From Eledone cirrhosa (lineage: Eukaryota): DNA of 64,000 bases. The stretch spans positions 403,434,001 through 403,498,000 of the forward strand of contig OZ024741.1 of NCBI GenBank assembly GCA_964016885.1. The letters are read 5' to 3'. Made by a program: the position numbers and the translations under genes. The notes below the pieces were generated by a model, which searched no databases, was not told the origin of the DNA, and saw only the letters and a program-made list of their open reading frames with translations. Positions within the stretch are counted from its first letter, which is position 1. The number at the start of each line of letters is the position of its first letter. Of the stretch, positions 11,850-26,460 are shown one piece after another.

Positions 11850-14800
11850 CTTTAACCCAGGTAGGGACTACTATATTTCACCCAGGTAGGGACTACTATC
11901 TTTAACCCAGGTAGTGGCTACTATCTTTAACCCAGGTAGTGACTACTATCTTTAACCAAGGTAGGGACTTCTATCTTTAACCCAGGTAGTGACTACTATC
12001 TTTAACCCAGGTAGGGACTACTATCTTTAACCCAGGTAGGGACTTCTATCTTTAACCCAGGTAGGGACTACTATCTTTAACCCAAGTAGTGACTACTATC
12101 TTTAACCCAAGTAGGGACTACTATCTTTAACCCAGGTAGGGACTACTATCTTTAACCCAGGTAGTGACTATCTTTAACCCAGGTAGGGACTACTATCTTT
12201 AACCCAGGTACTGACTACTATCTTTAACCAAGGTAGGGACTACTATCTTTAACCCAGGTAGGGACTACTACCTTTAACCCAGGTAGTGACTACTATCTTT
12301 AATCAAAGTAGTGACTACTATCTTTAACCCAAGTAGGGACTACTATCTTTAACCCAGGTAGGGACTACTATCTTTAACCCAGGTAGTGACTACTATCTTT
12401 AACCCAGGTAGGGACTACTATCTTTAACCAAGGCAGGGACTACTATCTTTAACCCTGGTAGTGACTACTACCTTTAACCCAGGTAGGGACTTCTATCTTT
12501 AACCCAGGTAGGGACTACTATCTTTAACCCAGGTAGGGACTACTATCTTTAACCCAGGTAGTGACTACTACCTTTAACCCAGGTAGGGACTACTATCTTT
12601 AACCCAGGTAGGGACTACTATCTTTAACCCAGGTAGTGACTACTATCTTTAACCCAGGTAGGGACTACTATCTTTAACCCAGGTAGGGACTACTATCTTT
12701 AACCCAGGTAGTGACTACTATCTTTAACACAGGTAGGGACTTCTATCTTTAACCCAGGTAGTGACTACTATCTTTAACCCAGGTAGTGACTACTATCTTT
12801 AACCCAGGTAGTGACTACTATCTTTAACCCAGGTAGGGACTACTACCTTTAACCCAGGTAGGGACTACTATCTTTAACCCAGGTAGTGACTACTATCTTT
12901 AACCCAGGTAGTGACTACTATCTTTAACCCTGGTAGTGACTACTATCTTTAACCCAGGTAGTGACTACTATCTTTAACCCAGGTAGGGACTTCTATCTTT
13001 AACCCAGGTAGTGACTACTATCTTTAACCCAGGTAGGGACTTCTATCTTTAACCCAGGTAGTGACTGCTATCTTTAACCCAGGTAGGGACTTCTATCTTT
13101 AACCCAGGTAGTGACTACTATCTTTAACCCAGGTAGGGACTACTATCTTTAACCCAGGTAGTGACTACTATCTTTAACCCAGGTAGTGACTACTAACTTT
13201 AACCCAGGTAGTGACTTCTATCTTTAACACAGGTAGTGACTACTATCTTTAACCCAGGTAGTGACTACTATCTTTAACCCAGGTAGGGAATTCTATCGTT
13301 AACCCAGGTAGTGACTGCTATCTTTAACCCAGGTAGGGACTTCTATCTTTAACCCAGGTAGTGACTACTATCTTTAACCCAGGTAGGGACTACTATCTTT
13401 AACCCAGGTAGTGGCTACTATCTTTAATCCAGGTAGTGATTACTATCTTTAACCCAAGTAGGGACTACTATCTTTAACCCAGGTAGGGACTACTATCTTT
13501 AACCCAGGTAGTGGCTACTATCTTTAACCCAGGTAGTGACTACTATCTTTAACCCAGGTAGGGACTACTATCTTTAACCCAGGTAGTGACTACTATCTTT
13601 AACCCAGGTAGGGACTACTATCTTTAACCCAAGTAGTGACTACTATCTTTAACCCAGGTAGGGACTACTATCTTTAACCCTGGTAGTGACTACTATCTTT
13701 AACCCAGGTAGTGACTACTATCTTTAACCCAGGTAGGGACTACTATCTTTAACCCAGGTATCGACTACTATCTTTAACCCAGGTAGTGACTACTATCTTT
13801 AACCCAGGTAGTGACTACTATCTTTAACCCAGGTAGGGACCATCTTTAACCCAGGTAGGGACTACTATCTTTAACCCAGGTAGTGACTTCTATCTTTAAC
13901 CCAGGTAGTGACTATCTTTACCCCAGGTAGGGACTACTATCTTTAACCCAGGTAGTGACTACTACCTTTAACCCAGGTAGTGACTACTACCTTTAACCCA
14001 GGTAGTGACTACTATCTTTAACCCAGGTAGGGACTACTATCTTTAACCCAGGTAGTGACTACTATCTTTAACCCAGGTAGGGACTACTATCTTTAACCCA
14101 GGTAGTGACTATCTTTAACCCAGGTAGGGACTACTATCTTTAACCCAGGTAGGGACTACTATCTTTAACCCAGGTAGGGACTACTATCTTTAACCCAGGT
14201 AGGGACTACTATCTTTAACCCAGGTAGGGACTACTATCTTTAACCCAGGTAGTGACTACTATCTTTAACCCAGGTAGTGAATATCTTTAACCCAGGTAGG
14301 GACTACTATCTTTAACCCAGGTAGTGACTACTATCTTTAACCCAGGTAGTGACTATCTTTAACCCAGGTAGGGACTACTATCTTTAACCCAAGTAGGGAC
14401 TACTATCTTTAACCCAGGTAGGGACTACTATCTTTAACCCAGGTAGGGACTACTACCTTTAACCCAGGTATCGACTACTATCTTTAACCCAGGTAGGGAC
14501 TACTATCTTTAACCCAGGTAGGGACTACTATCTTTAACCCAGGTAGGGACTACTACCTTTAACCCAGGTAGTGACTACTATCTTTAACCCAAGTAGTGAC
14601 TACTATCTTTAACCCAAGTAGGGACTACTATCTTTAACCCAGGTAGGGACTACTACCTTTAACCCAGGTATCGACTACTATCTTTAACCCAGGTAGGGAC
14701 TACTATCTTTAACCCAGGTAGGGACTACTATCTTTAACCCAGGTAGGGACTACTACCTTTAACCCAGGTAGTGACTACTATCTTTAACCCAGGTAGGGAC

Positions 14801-17800
14801 TTCTATCTTTAACCCAGGTAGTGACTACTATCTTTAACCCAGGTAGGGACTACTATCTTTAACCCAGGTAGGGACTACTACCTTTAACCCAGGTAGTGAC
14901 TACTATCTTTAACCCAGGTAGGGACTTCTATCTTTAACCCAGGTAGGGACTACTATCTTTAACCCAGGTAGGGACTACTATCTTTAACCCAGGTATCGAC
15001 TACTATCTTTAACCCAGGTATCGACTACTATCTTTAACCCAGGTAGGGACTACTACCTTTAACCCAGGTAGTGACTACTATCTTTAAACCAGGTAGGGAC
15101 TACTATCTTTAACCCAGGTAGGGACTACTACCTTTAACCCAGGTATCGACTACTATCTTTAACCCAGGTAGGGACTACTATCTTTAACCAAGGTAGGGAC
15201 TTCTATCTTTAACCCAGGTAGTGACTACTATCTTTAACCCAGGTAGGGACTACTATCTTTAACCCAGGTAGGGACTTCTATCTTTAACCCAGGTAGGGAC
15301 TTCTATCTTTAACCCAGGTAGGGACTATCTTTAACCCAGGTAGGGACTACTATCTTTAACCCAAGTAGTGACTACTACCTTTAACCCAGGTAGTGACTAC
15401 TATCTTTAACCCAGGTAGGGACTTCTATCTTTAACCCAGATAGGGACTTCTATCTTTAACCCAGGTAGGGACTACTATCTTTAACCCAAGTAGTGACTAC
15501 TACCTTTAACCCAGGTAGTGACTACTATCTTTAACCCAGGTAGGGACTACTATCTTTAACCCAGGTAGGGACTACTATCTTTAACCCAGGTAGGGACTAC
15601 TACCTTTAACCCAGGTATCGACTACTATCTTTAACCCAGGTAGGGACTACTATCTTTAACCCAGGTAGGGACTACTATCTTTAACCCAGGTAGGTACTAC
15701 TATCTTTAACCAAGGTAGGGACTACTACCTTTAACCCAGGTAGTGACTACTACCTTTAACCCAGGTAGGGTCTACTATCTTTAACCCAGGTAGTGACTAC
15801 TATCTTTAACCCAGGTAGGGACTACTACCTTTAACCCAGGTATCGACTACTATCTTTAACCCAGGTAGGGACTACTATCTTTAACCCAGGTAGGGACTAC
15901 TATCTTTAACCCAGGTAGGGACTTCTATCTTTAACCCAGGTAGGGACTTCTATCTTTAACCCAGGTAGGGACTATCTTTAACCCAGGTAGGGACTACTAT
16001 CTTTAACCCAAGTAGTGACTACTACCTTTAACCCAGGTAGTGACTACTATCTTTAACCCAGGTAGGGACTTCTATCTTTAACCCAGGTAGGGACTTCTAT
16101 CTTTAACCCAGGTAGGGACTACTATCTTTAACCCAAGTAGTGACTACTACCTTTAACCCAGGTAGTGACTACTATCTTTAACCCAGGTAGGGACTACTAT
16201 CTTTAACCCAGGTAGGGACTTCTATCTTTAACCCAGGTAGGGACTTCTATCTTTAACCCAGGTAGGGACTATCTTTAACCCAGGTAGGGACTACTATCTT
16301 TAACCCAGGTAGGGACTACTATCTTTAACCCAGGTAGTGACTACTATCTTTAACCCAAGTAGTGACTACTATCTTTAACCCAGGTAGGGACTACTATCTT
16401 TAACCCAGGTAGTGACTACTATCTTTAACCCAGGTAGTGACTACTATCTTTAACCCAAGTAGGGACTACTAGCTTTAACCCAGGTAGGGACTACTATCTT
16501 TATCCCAGGTAGTGACTACTATCTTTAACCCAGGTAGGGACTTCTATCTTTAACCCAGGTAGTGAGTACTATCTTTAACCCAGGTAGGGACTACTATCTT
16601 TAACCCAAGTAGGGACTAATATCTTTAACCCAGGTAGTGACTACTATCTTTAACCCAGGTAGTGACTGCTATCTTTAACCCAGGTAGGGACTACTATCTT
16701 TAACCCAGGTAGGGACTTCTATCTTTAACCCAGGTAGGGACTTCTATCTTTAACCCAGGTAGGGACTATCTTTAACCCAGGTAGGGACTACTATCTTTAA
16801 CCCAGGTAGTGACTACTATCTTTAACCCAAGTAGTGACTACTATCTTTAACCCAGGTAGGGACTACTATCTTTAACCCAGGTAGTGACTACTATCTTTAA
16901 CCCAGGTAGTGACTACTATCTTTAACCCAAGTAGTGACTACTATCTTTAACCCAGGTAGGGACTACTATCTTTAACCCAGGTAGTGACTACTATCTTTAA
17001 CCCAGGTAGTGACTACTATCTTTAACCCAAGTAGGGACTACTAGCTTTAACCCAGGTAGGGACTACTATCTTTATCCCAGGTAGTGACTACTATCTTTAA
17101 CCCAGGTAGGGACTTCTATCTTTAACCCAGGTAGTGAGTACTATCTTTAACCCAGGTAGGGACTACTATCTTTAACCCAAGTAGGGACTAATATCTTTAA
17201 CCCAGGTAGTGACTACTATCTTTAACCCAGGTAGTGACTGCTATCTTTAACACAGGTAGTGACTACTATCTTTAACCCAGGTAGTGACTACTATCTTTAA
17301 CCCAGGTAGGGACTACTATCTTTAACCCAGGTAGGGACTACTATCTTTAACCCAGGTAGTGACTACTATCTTTAACCCAGGTAGGGACTACTATCTTTAA
17401 CCCAGGTAGGGACTACCATCTTTAACCCAGGTAGGGACTACTATCTTTAACCCAGGTAGGGACTACTATCTTTAACCCAGGTATGGACTACTATCTTTAA
17501 CCCAGGTAGGGACTACTATCTTTAACCCAGGTAGTGACTACTATCTTTAACCCAGGTAGGGACTACTATCTTTAACCCAGGTAGGGACTACTATCTTTAA
17601 CCCAGGTAGTGACTACTATCTTTAACCCAGGTAGGGACCACTATCTTTAACCCAGGTAGTGACTACTATCTTTAACCCAGGTAGGGACTACTATCTTTAA
17701 CCCAGGTAGGGACTACTATCTTTAACCCAGGTAGGGACTACTATCTTTAACCCAGGTAGTGACTACTATCTTTAACCCAGGTAGGGACTACTATCTTTAA

Positions 17801-20800
17801 CCCAGGTAGGGACTACCATCTTTAACCCAGGTAGGGACTACTATCTTTAACCCAGATAGGGACTTCTATCTTTAACCCAGGTAGGGACTACTATCTTTAA
17901 CCCAAGTAGTGACTACTACCTTTAACCCAGGTAGTGACTACTATCTTTAACCCAGGTAGGGACTACTATCTTTAACCCAGGTAGGGACTACTATCTTTAA
18001 CCCAGGTAGGGACTACTACCTTTAACCCAGGTATCGACTACTATCTTTAACCCAGGTAGGGACTACTATCTTTAACCCAGGTAGGGACTACTATCTTTAA
18101 CCCAGGTAGGTACTACTATCTTTAACCAAGGTAGGGACTACTACCTTTAACCCAGGTAGTGACTACTACCTTTAACCCAGGTAGGGTCTACTATCTTTAA
18201 CCCAGGTAGTGACTACTATCTTTAACCCAGGTAGGGACTACTACCTTTAACCCAGGTATCGACTACTATCTTTAACCCAGGTAGGGACTACTATCTTTAA
18301 CCCAGGTAGGGACTACTATCTTTAACCCAGGTAGGGACTTCTATCTTTAACCCAGGTAGGGACTTCTATCTTTAACCCAGGTAGGGACTATCTTTAACCC
18401 AGGTAGGGACTACTATCTTTAACCCAAGTAGTGACTACTACCTTTAACCCAGGTAGTGACTACTATCTTTAACCCAGGTAGGGACTTCTATCTTTAACCC
18501 AGGTAGGGACTTCTATCTTTAACCCAGGTAGGGACTACTATCTTTAACCCAAGTAGTGACTACTACCTTTAACCCAGGTAGTGACTACTATCTTTAACCC
18601 AGGTAGGGACTACTATCTTTAACCCAGGTAGGGACTTCTATCTTTAACCCAGGTAGGGACTTCTATCTTTAACCCAGGTAGGGACTATCTTTAACCCAGG
18701 TAGGGACTACTATCTTTAACCCAGGTAGGGACTACTATCTTTAACCCAGGTAGTGACTACTATCTTTAACCCAAGTAGTGACTACTATCTTTAACCCAGG
18801 TAGGGACTACTATCTTTAACCCAGGTAGTGACTACTATCTTTAACCCAGGTAGTGACTACTATCTTTAACCCAAGTAGGGACTACTAGCTTTAACCCAGG
18901 TAGGGACTACTATCTTTATCCCAGGTAGTGACTACTATCTTTAACCCAGGTAGGGACTTCTATCTTTAACCCAGGTAGTGAGTACTATCTTTAACCCAGG
19001 TAGGGACTACTATCTTTAACCCAAGTAGGGACTAATATCTTTAACCCAGGTAGTGACTACTATCTTTAACCCAGGTAGTGACTGCTATCTTTAACCCAGG
19101 TAGGGACTACTATCTTTAACCCAGGTAGGGACTTCTATCTTTAACCCAGGTAGGGACTTCTATCTTTAACCCAGGTAGGGACTATCTTTAACCCAGGTAG
19201 GGACTACTATCTTTAACCCAGGTAGTGACTACTATCTTTAACCCAAGTAGTGACTACTATCTTTAACCCAGGTAGGGACTACTATCTTTAACCCAGGTAG
19301 TGACTACTATCTTTAACCCAGGTAGTGACTACTATCTTTAACCCAAGTAGTGACTACTATCTTTAACCCAGGTAGGGACTACTATCTTTAACCCAGGTAG
19401 TGACTACTATCTTTAACCCAGGTAGTGACTACTATCTTTAACCCAAGTAGGGACTACTAGCTTTAACCCAGGTAGGGACTACTATCTTTATCCCAGGTAG
19501 TGACTACTATCTTTAACCCAGGTAGGGACTTCTATCTTTAACCCAGGTAGTGAGTACTATCTTTAACCCAGGTAGGGACTACTATCTTTAACCCAAGTAG
19601 GGACTAATATCTTTAACCCAGGTAGTGACTACTATCTTTAACCCAGGTAGTGACTGCTATCTTTAACACAGGTAGTGACTACTATCTTTAACCCAGGTAG
19701 TGACTACTATCTTTAACCCAGGTAGGGACTACTATCTTTAACCCAGGTAGGGACTACTATCTTTAACCCAGGTAGTGACTACTATCTTTAACCCAGGTAG
19801 GGACTACTATCTTTAACCCAGGTAGGGACTACCATCTTTAACCCAGGTAGGGACTACTATCTTTAACCCAGGTAGGGACTACTATCTTTAACCCAGGTAT
19901 GGACTACTATCTTTAACCCAGGTAGGGACTACTATCTTTAACCCAGGTAGTGACTACTATCTTTAACCCAGGTAGGGACTACTATCTTTAACCCAGGTAG
20001 GGACTACTATCTTTAACCCAGGTAGTGACTACTATCTTTAACCCAGGTAGGGACCACTATCTTTAACCCAGGTAGTGACTACTATCTTTAACCCAGGTAG
20101 GGACTACTATCTTTAACCCAGGTAGGGACTACTATCTTTAACCCAGGTAGGGACTACTATCTTTAACCCAGGTATGGACTACTATCTTTAACCCAGGTAG
20201 GGACTACTATCTTTAACCCAGGTAGTGACTACTATCTTTAACCCAGGTAGGGACTACTATCTTTAACCCAGGTAGGGACTACTATCTTTAACCCAGGTAG
20301 TGACTACTATCTTTAACCCAGGTAGGGACTACTATCTTTAACCCAGGTAGTGACTATCTTTAACCCAGGTAGGGACTACTATCTTTAACCCAGGTAGTGA
20401 CTACTACCTTTAACCCAAGTAGTGACTACTACCTTTAACCCAGGTAGGGACTACTATCTTTAACCCAGGTAGTGACTTCTATCTTTAACCCAGGTAGGGA
20501 CTACTATCTTTAACCCCGGTAGTGACTTCTATCTTTAACCCAGGTAGTGACTATCTTTAACCCAGGTAGGGACTACTATCTTTAACCCAGGTAGTGACTT
20601 CTATCTTTAACCCAGGTAGTGACTATCTTTAACCCAGGTAGGGACTATTATCTTTAACCCAGGTAGTGACTACTATCTTTAACCCAGGTATGGACTACTA
20701 CCTTTAACCCAGGTAGTGACTACTATCTTTAACCCAGGTAGGGACTACTATCTTTAACCCAGGTAGGGACTACTATCTTTAACCCAGGTAGTGACTACTA

Positions 20801-23800
20801 TCTTTAACCCAGGTAGGGACTATCTTTAACCCAGGTAGTGACTACTATCCTTAACCCAGGTAGTGACTACTATCTTTAACCCAGGTAGTGACTACTATCT
20901 TTAACCCAGGTAGGGACTATCTTTAACCCAGGTAGTGACTACTATCTTTAACCCAGGTAGGGACTACTATCTTTAACCCAGGTAGTGACTACTATCTTTA
21001 ACCCAGGTAGGGACTACTATATTTCACCCAGGTAGGGACTACTACCTTTAACCCAGGGTAGTGACTACTATCTTTAACCCAGGTAGTGGCTACTATCTTT
21101 AACCCAGGTAGTGACTACTATCTTTAACCCAGGTAGGGACTATCTTTAACCCAAGTAGTGACTACCATCTTTAACCCAGGTAGGGACTACTATCTTTAAC
21201 CCAGGTAGTGACTATCTTTAACCCAGGTAGGGACTACTATCTTTAACCCAGGTAGGGACTACTATCTTTAACCCAGGTAGGTACTACTATCTTTAACCAA
21301 GGTAGGGACTACTATCTTTAACCCAGGTAGTGACTACTATCTTTAACCCAGGTAGGGACTACTATCTTTAACCCAGGTAGGTACTACTATATTTAACCCA
21401 GGTAGGTACTACTATCTTTAACCCAGGTAGGGACTACTATCTTTAACCAAGGTAGGGACTACTACCTTTAACCCAGGTAGTGACTATCTTTAACCCAAGT
21501 AGTGACTACTATCTTTAACCCAGGTAGGTACTACTATCTTTAACCCAGGTAGTGACTATCTTTAACCCAGGTAGGGACTACTATCTTTAACCCAGGTAGG
21601 GACTACTATCTTTAACCCAGGTAGGTACTACTATCTTTAACCAAGGTAGGGACTACTACCTTTAACCCAGGTAGTGACTACTATCTTTAACCCAGGTAGG
21701 GACTACTATCTTTAACCCAGGTAGTGACTACTATCTTTAACCCAGGTAGGGACTACTACCTTTAACCCAGGTATCGACTACTATCTTTAACCCAGGTAGG
21801 GACTACTATCTTTAACCCAGGTAGGGACTACTATCTTTAACCCAGGTAGGTACTACTATCTTTAACCAAGGTAGGGACTACTACCTTTAACCCAGGTAGT
21901 GACTACTACCTTTAACCCAGGTAGGGTCTACTATCTTTAACCCAGGTAGTGACTACTATCTTTAACCCAGGTAGGGACTACTACCTTTAACCCAGGTATC
22001 GACTACTATCTTTAACCCAGGTAGGGACTACTATCTTTAACCCAGGTAGGGACTACTATCTTTAACCCAGGTAGGGACTACTATCTTTAACCCTGGTAGT
22101 GACTACTATCTTTAACCCAGGTAGGGACTACTATCTTTAACCCAGGTAGGGACTACTACCTTTAACCCAGGTAGTGACTACTATCTTTAACCCAGGTAGG
22201 GACTACTATCTTTAACCCAGGTAGTGACTACTATCTTTAACCCAGGTAGGGACTACTATCTTTAACCCAGGTAGTGACTACTACCTTTAACCCAGGTAGT
22301 GACTACTATCTTTAACCCAGGTAGGGACTACTATCTTTAACCCAGGTAGGGACTACTATCTTTAACCCAAGTAGGGACTACTATCTTTAACCCAGGTAGG
22401 GACTACTATCTTTAACCCAGGTAGGGACTACTACCTTTAACCCAGGTATCGACTACTATCTTTAACCCAGGTAGGGACTACTATCTTTAACCCAGGTAGG
22501 GACTACTATCTTTAACCCAGGTAGGGACTACTACCTTTAACCCAGGTAGTGACTACTATCTTTAACCCAAGTAGTGACTACTATCTTTAACCCAAGTAGG
22601 GACTACTATCTTTAACCCAGGTAGGGACTACTACCTTTAACCCAGGTATCGACTACTATCTTTAACCCAGGTAGGGACTACTATCTTTAACCCAGGTAGG
22701 GACTACTATCTTTAACCCAGGTAGGGACTACTACCTTTAACCCAGGTAGTGACTACTATCTTTAACCCAGGTAGGGACTTCTATCTTTAACCCAGGTAGG
22801 GACTACTATCTTTAACCCAGGTAGGGACTACTATCTTTAACCCAGGTAGGGACTACTACCTTTAACCCAGGTAGTGACTACTATCTTTAACCCAGGTAGG
22901 GACTACTATCTTTAACCCAGGTAGGGACTACTATCTTTAACCCAGGTATCGACTACTATCTTTAACCCAGGTATCGACTACTATCTTTAACCCAGGTAGG
23001 GACTACTACCTTTAACCCAGGTAGTGACTACTATCTTTAAACCAGGTAGGGACTACTATCTTTAACCCAGGTAGGGACTACTACCTTTAACCCAGGTATC
23101 GACTACTATCTTTAACCCAGGTAGGGACTACTATCTTTAACCAAGGTAGGGACTTCTATCTTTAACCCAGGTAGTGACTACTATCTTTAACCCAGGTAGG
23201 GACTACTATCTTTAACCCAGGTAGGGACTTCTATCTTTAACCCAGGTAGGGACTTCTATCTTTAACCCAGGTAGGGACTATCTTTAACCCAGGTAGGGAC
23301 TACTATCTTTAACCCAAGTAGTGACTACTACCTTTAACCCAGGTAGTGACTACTATCTTTAACCCAGGTAGGGACTTCTATCTTTAACCCAGGTAGGGAC
23401 TTCTATCTTTAACCCAGGTAGGGACTACTATCTTTAACCCAAGTAGTGACTACTACCTTTAACCCAGGTAGTGACTACTATCTTTAACCCAGGTAGGGAC
23501 TACTATCTTTAACCCAGGTAGGGACTACTATCTTTAACCCAGGTAGGGACTACTACCTTTAACCCAGGTATCGACTACTATCTTTAACCCAGGTAGGGAC
23601 TACTATCTTTAACCCAGGTAGGGACTACTATCTTTAACCCAGGTAGGTACTACTATCTTTAACCAAGATAGGGACTACTACCTTTAACCCAGGTAGTGAC
23701 TACTACCTTTAACCCAGGTAGGGTCTACTATCTTTAACCCAGGTAGTGACTACTATCTTTAACCCAGGTAGGGACTACTACCTTTAACCCAGGTATCGAC

Positions 23801-26460
23801 TACTATCTTTAACCCAGGTAGGGACTACTATCTTTAACCCAGGTAGGGACTACTATCTTTAACCCAGGTAGGGACTTCTATCTTTAACCCAGGTAGGGAC
23901 TTCTATCTTTAACCCAGGTAGGGACTATCTTTAACCCAGGTAGGGACTACTATCTTTAACCCAAGTAGTGACTACTACCTTTAACCCAGGTAGTGACTAC
24001 TATCTTTAACCCAGGTAGGGACTTCTATCTTTAACCCAGGTAGGGACTTCTATCTTTAACCCAGGTAGGGACTACTATCTTTAACCCAAGTAGTGACTAC
24101 TACCTTTAACCCAGGTAGTGACTACTATCTTTAACCCAGGTAGGGACTACTATCTTTAACCCAGGTAGGGACTTCTATCTTTAACCCAGGTAGGGACTTC
24201 TATCTTTAACCCAGGTAGGGACTATCTTTAACCCAGGTAGGGACTACTATCTTTAACCCAGGTAGGGACTACTATCTTTAACCCAGGTAGTGACTACTAT
24301 CTTTAACCCAAGTAGTGACTACTATCTTTAACCCAGGTAGGGACTACTATCTTTAACCCAGGTAGTGACTACTATCTTTAACCCAGGTAGTGACTACTAT
24401 CTTTAACCCAAGTAGGGACTACTAGCTTTAACCCAGGTAGGGACTACTATCTTTATCCCAGGTAGTGACTACTATCTTTAACCCAGGTAGGGACTTCTAT
24501 CTTTAACCCAGGTAGTGAGTACTATCTTTAACCCAGGTAGGGACTACTATCTTTAACCCAAGTAGGGACTAATATCTTTAACCCAGGTAGTGACTACTAT
24601 CTTTAACCCAGGTAGTGACTGCTATCTTTAACCCAGGTAGGGACTACTATCTTTAACCCAGGTAGGGACTTCTATCTTTAACCCAGGTAGGGACTTCTAT
24701 CTTTAACCCAGGTAGGGACTATCTTTAACCCAGGTAGGGACTACTATCTTTAACCCAGGTAGTGACTACTATCTTTAACCCAAGTAGTGACTACTATCTT
24801 TAACCCAGGTAGGGACTACTATCTTTAACCCAGGTAGTGACTACTATCTTTAACCCAGGTAGTGACTACTATCTTTAACCCAAGTAGTGACTACTATCTT
24901 TAACCCAGGTAGGGACTACTATCTTTAACCCAGGTAGTGACTACTATCTTTAACCCAGGTAGTGACTACTATCTTTAACCCAAGTAGGGACTACTAGCTT
25001 TAACCCAGGTAGGGACTACTATCTTTATCCCAGGTAGTGACTACTATCTTTAACCCAGGTAGGGACTTCTATCTTTAACCCAGGTAGTGAGTACTATCTT
25101 TAACCCAGGTAGGGACTACTATCTTTAACCCAAGTAGGGACTAATATCTTTAACCCAGGTAGTGACTACTATCTTTAACCCAGGTAGTGACTGCTATCTT
25201 TAACACAGGTAGTGACTACTATCTTTAACCCAGGTAGTGACTACTATCTTTAACCCAGGTAGGGACTACTATCTTTAACCCAGGTAGGGACTACTATCTT
25301 TAACCCAGGTAGTGACGACTATCTTTAACCCAGGTAGGGACTACTATCTTTAACCCAGGTAGGGACTACCATCTTTAACCCAGGTAGGGACTACTATCTT
25401 TAACCCAGGTAGGGACTACTATCTTTAACCCAGGTAGGGACTACTATCTTTAACCCAGGTAGTGACTACTATCTTTAACCCAGGTAGGGACTACTATCTT
25501 TAACCCAGTAGGGACTACTATCTTTAACCCAGGTAGTGACTACTATCTTTAACCCAGGTAGGGACCACTATCTTTAACCCAGGTAGTGACTACTATCTTT
25601 AACCCAGGTAGGGACTACTATCTTTAACCCAGGTAGGGACTACTATCTTTAACCCAGGTAGGGACTACTATCTTTAACCCAGGTATGGACTACTATCTTT
25701 AACCCAGGTAGGGACTACTATCTTTAACCCAGGTAGTGACTACTATCTTTAACCCAGGTAGGGACTACTATCTTTAACCCAGGTAGGGACTACTATCTTT
25801 AACCCAGGTAGTGACTACTATCTTTAACCCAGGTAGGGACTACTATCTTTAACCCAGGTAGTGACTATCTTTAACCCAGGTAGGGACTACTATCTTTAAC
25901 CCAGGTAGTGACTACTACCTTTAACCCAAGTAGTGACTACTACCTTTAACCCAGGTAGGGACTACTATCTTTAACCCAGGTAGTGACTTCTATCTTTAAC
26001 CCAGGTAGGGACTACTATCTTTAACCCCGGTAGTGACTTCTATCTTTAACCCAGGTAGTGACTATCTTTAACCCAGGTAGGGACTACTATCTTTAACCCA
26101 GGTAGTGACTTCTATCTTTAACCCAGGTAGTGACTATCTTTAACCCAGGTAGGGACTATTATCTTTAACCCAGGTAGTGACTACTATCTTTAACCCAGGT
26201 ATGGACTACTACCTTTAACCCAGGTAGTGACTACTATCTTTAACCCAGGTAGGGACTACTATCTTTAACCCAGGTAGGGACTACTATCTTTAACCCAGGT
26301 AGTGACTACTATCTTTAACCCAGGTAGGGACTATCTTTAACCCAGGTAGTGACTACTATCCTTAACCCAGGTAGTGACTACTATCTTTAACCCAGGTAGT
26401 GACTACTATCTTTAACCCAGGTAGGGACTATCTTTAACCCAGGTAGTGACTACTATCTTT
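11850..26460. repeat. Copy 1 of a ~12.2-kb super-unit, lengthened to 14.6 kb by an internal 2,416-bp duplication
   Basis: TATTTCACCC (11874), AATCAAAG (12301), GAATTC (13288) and CTAGC (16469) recur exactly 14,607 bp downstream. Later markers recur about 12.2 kb downstream. Confidence 0.85.
15435..20170. repeat. Near-tandem 2,416-bp duplication inside super-unit copy 1
   Basis: CCCAGATAGGGACTTC is at 15435 and 17851, and CTAGC is at 16469/17041 and 18885/19457. The offset is a constant 2,416 bp. Confidence 0.85.

Noticed and set aside
13288-13303. Adjacent EcoRI (GAATTC) and HpaI (GTTAAC) sites as a cloning scar
   Set aside because: They arise from point substitutions within a normal-length monomer and are propagated in duplicated blocks (27895, 48688). 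They are useful only as mapping markers.
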